IMG/VR virus record: IMGVR_UViG_3300028833_000012
From: an uncultured virus (IMG/VR IMGVR_UViG_3300028833_000012)
Lineage: Duplodnaviria > Heunggongvirae > Uroviricota > Caudoviricetes
DNA length: 64,000 nt
Direction: 5' to 3' (one strand)
The translations under genes and the position numbers were made by a program. Under the pieces are notes generated by a model. That model saw only the letters and a list, made by a program, of their open reading frames with translations. It did no database searches and was not told the origin of the DNA. Shown piece by piece: positions 58,807-64,000 of the stretch. Every line of letters starts with the position of its first letter. Position 1 is the first letter of the stretch.

Positions 58807-59589
58807 ATCAAAACCCTGATCGCAGTCCCCTGCATGCAGACCGTTCCGACAGCGTTCCTGCGCTCGCTGGAGGGCATGCGCCGTCTGCCGGACACCTACA
58901 CGTCCATCAGCCAATGCACCCTGATCCATGACGCCCGCAACGAGTTCGCCAGCATCGCCATTCAGCACGGCTTCGACCGCATCCTCTGGATCGACAGCGA
59001 CATGACATTCCCGCCTGACCTGCTGGAAAGACTGAGCAAGCACCTCGACAACGGCAAGTTCATGGCATGCGGTCTCTACTTCAAGCGTGTCCTGCCGACC
59101 GGACCGGTGATCTACTGCCGTCAGGAGCGCCAAACCGACCCGGTACTCGGCGAACACATCCGCCCGGTGCCCTACACAGACTACCCGCGCAACCAAACCT
59201 TCGAGATCGACGCCTGCGGTTTCGGTGCCGTCATGACGGACGTGGCTCTTGTCCGCGCTGTCTGGGATCGCTACGGTCCGCCCTTCACACCATACCTCAA
59301 CATCGGCGAGGACCTGTCTTTCTGCTGGCGCGTCCGGGAGATGGGGCAGAAGATCTGGTGCGACTCGTCCATCTCTGCCGGACACATCGGCACCGCCATC
59401 TTCGATGAGGGCACCTGGATCGCCCAGCAGCGTGCTGTACCAGACAGGAACGACCATCAGAACGGTGACATTCAGAACGGTAATGACATTCAGAACAGCG
59501 GTGCCCATCCGGACGGTGAGGATGACCATCAGAGCAGTGACGGCATTCAGAACGAAACCAACCAGACCAACCACACAGAAGGGACGTGA
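58807..59589 (+). CDS. second GT2-like glycosyltransferase-family protein (probable ATC start)
   Basis: KTLIAVP, ARN, LWIDSDM, CGFGAVM, GEDLSFC, AGHIG; same family as 8184-8837. Confidence 0.75.
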   Translation: MKTLIAVPCMQTVPTAFLRSLEGMRRLPDTYTSISQCTLIHDARNEFASIAIQHGFDRILWIDSDMTFPPDLLERLSKHLDNGKFMACGLYFKRVLPTGPVIYCRQERQTDPVLGEHIRPVPYTDYPRNQTFEIDACGFGAVMTDVALVRAVWDRYGPPFTPYLNIGEDLSFCWRVREMGQKIWCDSSISAGHIGTAIFDEGTWIAQQRAVPDRNDHQNGDIQNGNDIQNSGAHPDGEDDHQSSDGIQNETNQTNHTEGT

Positions 59590-60071
59590 CCAACACGAAC
59601 TACTATGACGGCTATGTTGACCATATGTGGCGATTCTACGTCCGCAATCAGACCGCCACACTCGACACACTCGGCAACGCTTCACGCGAAAACTGGACGG
59701 TCTGCGACAGCATCTACCACAAAAGCAACCCGTTCCGCCAAGAAATCCTATCAGCATACTACGCCCCCTATTTCACCGGCACCGCCCAGGATAACCTGAC
59801 CGTCTACTGTGAGGAACACAACGTCTCCACCGAGCAGGCCAACAACGCCCTCCGCTCCATCCGTACCATCACCGCTGTCGAGCGCGGCCTGCTTGACCGC
59901 CTGCCGCCAGAGCAGCGCAAAGCATTCCGCCATGCTCCGGGTTCAGGCAAGAGGACCGTTGTCACCAGTAGCGGGCTGATCGAAATGACCGGTAAGACTG
60001 AGTTGACCGGGCAACATTCAGAACAAGACAACCAACATTCAGAAACTACAATAGCCCATACAGAGGAGTGA
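59586..60071 (+). CDS. hypothetical protein
   Basis: YVDHMWRFY...ITAVERGL. Confidence 0.5.
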   Translation: MTNTNYYDGYVDHMWRFYVRNQTATLDTLGNASRENWTVCDSIYHKSNPFRQEILSAYYAPYFTGTAQDNLTVYCEEHNVSTEQANNALRSIRTITAVERGLLDRLPPEQRKAFRHAPGSGKRTVVTSSGLIEMTGKTELTGQHSEQDNQHSETTIAHTEE

Positions 60072-60077
60072 TTCAGA

Positions 60078-60644
60078 ATGCCAACGAGAAAACCGGAACA
60101 GCTTCCGGACGATGTCGTAAATACCGTCGTCAAACGCCACCGTGGTTCCTTTCCAACCGAACTGGACAACATCCACGTTGACCCAGGCGACAATTCCCGC
60201 TTCGTCCGCTACGCTATGGCCGCTTGGGACTTGCCGCCTATCGACATCTCCGACCCGCAACAGGTCCGTGACCGTATCATTATGTATTTCCAACACTGCG
60301 CCGATAACGACCGCAAACCTCAGCTTACCGGCATGGCTAACTGGCTCGGCGTGTCAAGAGATACACTTAATTCTTGGAAAAGGGGAGAGTATAGGAAAGA
60401 TACGCACTCCGACATTGTGCAAAAAGCTGTCAGTGCGCTTGAAGAAATGTGGGCTGACTACATGATGAACGGCAAGGTCAATCCGGCAAGCGGGATCTTC
60501 ATTTCCAAGAACTGGTTTGGATATGCCGACACGCAGAACATTGTCGTCACACCAAACAATCCGCTCGACAACATGAGCCAGGACGATGCCCGCAACAGAT
60601 ACGCTAACGCTCTGCCTGAAATCGCTGACGATGGCAACGAGTAA
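60078..60644 (+). CDS. terS: terminase small subunit-like DNA-packaging protein
   Basis: YF..C...KPQLTGMANWLGVSRDTL..W...GIFISKNWFGYAD pattern. Confidence 0.75.
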   Translation: MPTRKPEQLPDDVVNTVVKRHRGSFPTELDNIHVDPGDNSRFVRYAMAAWDLPPIDISDPQQVRDRIIMYFQHCADNDRKPQLTGMANWLGVSRDTLNSWKRGEYRKDTHSDIVQKAVSALEEMWADYMMNGKVNPASGIFISKNWFGYADTQNIVVTPNNPLDNMSQDDARNRYANALPEIADDGNE

Positions 60645-61462
60645 CCAGCAAGCCCGGTAGCCATAAGAAAGCAACCTGTACCCGACGAGACGTATATATA
60701 AGCTATAGCGTACAATATATATAACAAAATGTACGTTATAAATATATATATATGTCTATAACGTGTCAGGTTGCTTTTGCCTATTGACTGGCTTCTGGGC
60801 GTGCAGTCTGTACCGCAACTCTGGCCGTCCGGGTGGTGTGATGGCGGCTTGTCTTCCTCCGGGCAGCGTCCGTGCTGGGCGGCGTTGACCATCAGAAGGT
60901 GCGTTTGGCGGCTGGCCCGGTTTGGGCGGCGGCGTGACTGTGCAGCGGGAACGAGACCGGCAGCACTCGCGCCCTTGGATGGCAAAGCGACGGCGGTTCG
61001 GACCGTGACGGTTGGACAGGACCGGCGGCGGAATCATCCACCCCTGATTGCAAAACGCAGCAGAAGCGGACGATGCGCCCAGGAATCGCCGCTATGCTGT
61101 CCAGAATGCGCCAGGATCGTCTCGTGGCGTTTGGCGTGGGAAATATCCATCAGAAACAGGAAGCGCTCAGAAGGGCGTTTTTGTGGCTCTATGAGCGTGT
61201 CGCTTATAACATGGTTGATAACGCGGTTTATAGCCGGGTTGATAACGTCAAAACAGAATAGCGCAATCAGAATTGATTTTAGGGCGGTCAGAAGGGGCTT
61301 GCGAGCGTCTCGCTGTGTTTAGATTGGTTTGTGTCCATCTGGATAGTGAGCGCGTCAGAAGGGCGTTATTGACAGAATGCGGGCGTGGTGCGTCAGAACG
61401 GGCGGATTGTGCGCACGAAAAAAGCCCGCACGGTGGCGGGCGGTGTGGGCGATTGGCGGTGG

Positions 61463-61894
61463 TCAAACAACGGTGAAATTCTCATTGTACTTCTGGCGAT
61501 GGCGTTCACAGTAACGGTTTACAAATTCCTGCGGATCGGTGATGCCCTCAGCATGGAGGTCTTCGCGGATGTCGTCGTCCATCAGGGATACGGCGCTGTC
61601 CAGGCTTACGAAGTCGCCGTTGACGTCAACAAGGCGTTCCGCGAGCTGCCACGCATAAGCGGTGACGAAGTTCGGCGTGAAGGTCGTGATGACGCGCTCA
61701 CCGTCGAAGATCGGGCAGTCGTAGAGGTCGTCACAGGCGCGGTCGGCCATGCGCTGCTTGTCAAAGGACAGGTCGCGGGTGCTTGTGATTTCCTTGCCGT
61801 TGACCACAATGTGACGGTCGCCAATCAAGGATACGGTGACTGGGTTCTGGTTTTCGTCATAAGCGCGAATGATCATGATGTTGGCTCCTTTCAT
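61463..61894 (-). CDS. hypothetical protein
   Basis: LMDDDIREDLH...QEFVNRYCERH...F. Confidence 0.55.
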   Translation of the reverse strand: MKGANIMIIRAYDENQNPVTVSLIGDRHIVVNGKEITSTRDLSFDKQRMADRACDDLYDCPIFDGERVITTFTPNFVTAYAWQLAERLVDVNGDFVSLDSAVSLMDDDIREDLHAEGITDPQEFVNRYCERHRQKYNENFTVV

Positions 61895-62114
61895 TTTCGG
61901 GTGGCTTGTTATTCAGAATCTTATCACGCAGGCAGCACGCTGTCAAGGGTGACAGTGACGCGCTGGCCAGGATAGCGGGCGTGAATCCATCGGCGGAGGC
62001 GGCTTTCCGCCTCGCTTGGATCGGCGGCAAGGCTGTTCCAGATGCCGCTGTGGTGACGGGTGCGCCAGGTCAGGATGTAGTACTTCATGGTGTTATCTCC
62101 CTTCTTTGTGTCGG

Positions 62115-62390
62115 TCAGGTAAAGCAGAAGCGGCATGCGGTGGTGGTCTTGGTGTACTTGGCGGCGATGTCAGGCAGCGCCTTTTTCAACGCGGCGGTGT
62201 CGATGCGGCTGCTGGTGACGGTCTTCCAGGTGGCTTTCCATCCGGTGCCGGTCAGGATCTCGTCGCCGCTGTCAATCATGGCGGCTTTGAATTCGTCCCG
62301 GATTGCGTCGGCCTCGGCGTTAAGCTCGTCAATCAGAGTCAGGATCTCACGCAGGCGGGCGGCTTTCGGGTCCAGGTGTTTCATGGTCAT
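62115..62390 (-). CDS. hypothetical phage protein (coiled coil plus beta hairpin)
   Basis: ATWKTVTSSRIDTAALKK...YTK. Confidence 0.6.
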   Translation of the reverse strand: MTMKHLDPKAARLREILTLIDELNAEADAIRDEFKAAMIDSGDEILTGTGWKATWKTVTSSRIDTAALKKALPDIAAKYTKTTTACRFCFT

Positions 62391-62407
62391 GGTTTTATCC
62401 TCCTTCT

Positions 62408-63127
62408 TCAGGCCACGCAGGCCTTGCTTGTCCAATAGTCAATCAGAGCGTTTATCATGTTTTCCGGTATCATAGGCAGCTGGTAACGGTCCATGCCTTC
62501 CGGCGTCATGTAGTAGCCCTGGCCATATCGTGGCAGGTTCTCACAGCCGGACACGCCGAGGATGTTTCTGCTGTCTTGTGCTGATCGCGTCCTGAGCCCT
62601 ACTCGCGCATCCATGTTGCACTTGATTTCCGTTGGGATCACTTTGGCAAGCGGGCACTGTGTCGCTGCGATCAGGTGTACACGGGCCGCGCGGCCAAGCT
62701 GGCATATCCGCTGAATCAGGGGCTGCACTGTTTTTTTGTCGGTGAGCATCAAGTCTGCCAGCTCGTCAATCAGAATATAGACGTGACTGCCGCTGTAGGA
62801 TCTCGCGCCGGTGCGCTGCATTTCAGAAAACCGGTCTTCCATTATCTGGACGGCATAGCGTAATGCTCGCGCTGGTTCGCCTGGTTCGCTTGCATAGGTC
62901 AGGACGTGCGGCAAGGCCTTGTACTGTACCAGCTCGACGCGCTTGGGGTCAATCAGAATCAAACGGCACGTTGCAGGGCTATGGTTCATCAGCAGCGCGT
63001 GGAGGATCCCATTGATCACAACGGACTTTCCGCTGCCGGTCGCGCCTGCAATCAGAAGGTGCGGCTGTTGCGCCATGTTGTAATACAGAGGGCTGTACTG
63101 ACCGGCTGGTGTGCGGTATGTTGGCAA
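62408..63127 (-). CDS. stand-alone FtsK/SpoIIIE-type ATPase
   Basis: HLLIAGATGSGKS, LIDPKRVEL, LIDELADLM, GRAARVHLIAATQ, SRNIL; lacks TM and gamma domains. Confidence 0.88.
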   Translation of the reverse strand: MPTYRTPAGQYSPLYYNMAQQPHLLIAGATGSGKSVVINGILHALLMNHSPATCRLILIDPKRVELVQYKALPHVLTYASEPGEPARALRYAVQIMEDRFSEMQRTGARSYSGSHVYILIDELADLMLTDKKTVQPLIQRICQLGRAARVHLIAATQCPLAKVIPTEIKCNMDARVGLRTRSAQDSRNILGVSGCENLPRYGQGYYMTPEGMDRYQLPMIPENMINALIDYWTSKACVA

Positions 63128-63531
63128 GTTTTACACCCCCTTCCGTGGAATTGCACGGTAGAACGCCATGTATCCGCATCTGTTGGATTTGGACCGCGTG
63201 GTTTCAATCAGAACATAATCTTTTTTCCATCGCCGTATGGAATTGTAGTGGCGGCTGTAGGTGGTTGGAAAATGATAGTATGGGTTGCTGCCGTCCTCGA
63301 ATGTTATGTGATAGCTATACATGGTTCAGACCTCCTTGATCTCTTCAACGGTGAACCAGGGGCAGCCGTGGGCCTCGGCAATGGTATATGCTTCCCAGAA
63401 TCCAGGTTCTGTTTCGCTCTGCACGGTGGTTTCGTATGTGATTTCATTGGCGTCAGCAGAACAGACGATTAACCAGGTTTTCATTGTTGCGCTCACTTTC
63501 TCCCCGTATAGCCGGATAGGTCAGCTTGTTT

Positions 63532-63834
63532 TTACAGTCGAATCGGTAAGATTACGCCAACACCGTACTCAGAGCATGCCCAGATCGGAGAGAGAGATTT
63601 TTTACTGCGGTCGATGTAGAAATCGGCATCCGGCAGTGCCGTCAGCATGTCGCGGAGATATGCCGAATTATATACCGGCGAATCTGCATACCTTCCGGCA
63701 CGGAAGCAGAGTGAACTTTTGCCGTGACTGAACGTGCCTGATTTTACGTCAGCCTCCGTAAATTTCAGAAGTTCGGAATCCTCATTCGTCAGGTCGTATA
63801 CGTTTTTCAGTAGCTTTTCAACAGTTTTGTGCAT
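63532..63834 (-). CDS. hypothetical protein
   Basis: YNSAYLRDML...GVILPIR; true start may lie upstream. Confidence 0.45.
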   Translation of the reverse strand: MHKTVEKLLKNVYDLTNEDSELLKFTEADVKSGTFSHGKSSLCFRAGRYADSPVYNSAYLRDMLTALPDADFYIDRSKKSLSPIWACSEYGVGVILPIRL

Positions 63835-64000
63835 ATTTGCCGTCCGTGCCTGATCTTCCGGGCCTGCAATGTGAATCCCGTAAAGCGCCGGGACGCCCTC
63901 AGCGGGTACCTTGGCGAGCGCGATTGCCCGATAACCGTCAGTTTGAATGTAGCCGATTGGTGAATCCCAGCCGTTGATCGGCTGATTGATTCGTTCCCCG

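Overview
Most of the genome of a temperate, long-tailed (siphovirus-like) dsDNA phage, probably of a high-GC Bacillota/Clostridia host (host inferred from AGGAGG ribosome-binding sites and the SPP1-like head module). Gene order: serine recombinase, terminase large subunit, SPP1-type head, tail and tape measure, SGNH-esterase receptor-binding protein, lysis genes, a cluster of hypothetical genes, then a minus-strand moron (Ro60/TROVE gene behind four Y-RNA-like genes and a tRNA-Asn). Next come attP (3' half of tRNA-Ser GCT), a tyrosine integrase, a LexA-like CI/Cro switch, and an early/replication arm (RecE/RecT-like, SSB, helicase, methyltransferases, beta clamp, DUF927 helicase), followed by the terminase small subunit and a minus-strand cluster with an FtsK-type ATPase. 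Phage genes lie on both sides of attP, so this is the excised/circular form. Two things stand out. (1) A stand-alone Cas7/RAMP-like gene (37746-38339) is followed by a ~550-bp non-coding array with strict 5-nt periodicity (NNG[A/C]N pentamers punctuated by RNGGAN hexamers), a candidate non-CRISPR RNA-guided system. (2) The phage Ro60-Y RNA operon has RNAs that are circularly permuted tRNA mimics, some showing anticodon-like stem-loops. All protein calls come from motif recognition by eye; no database searches were run.
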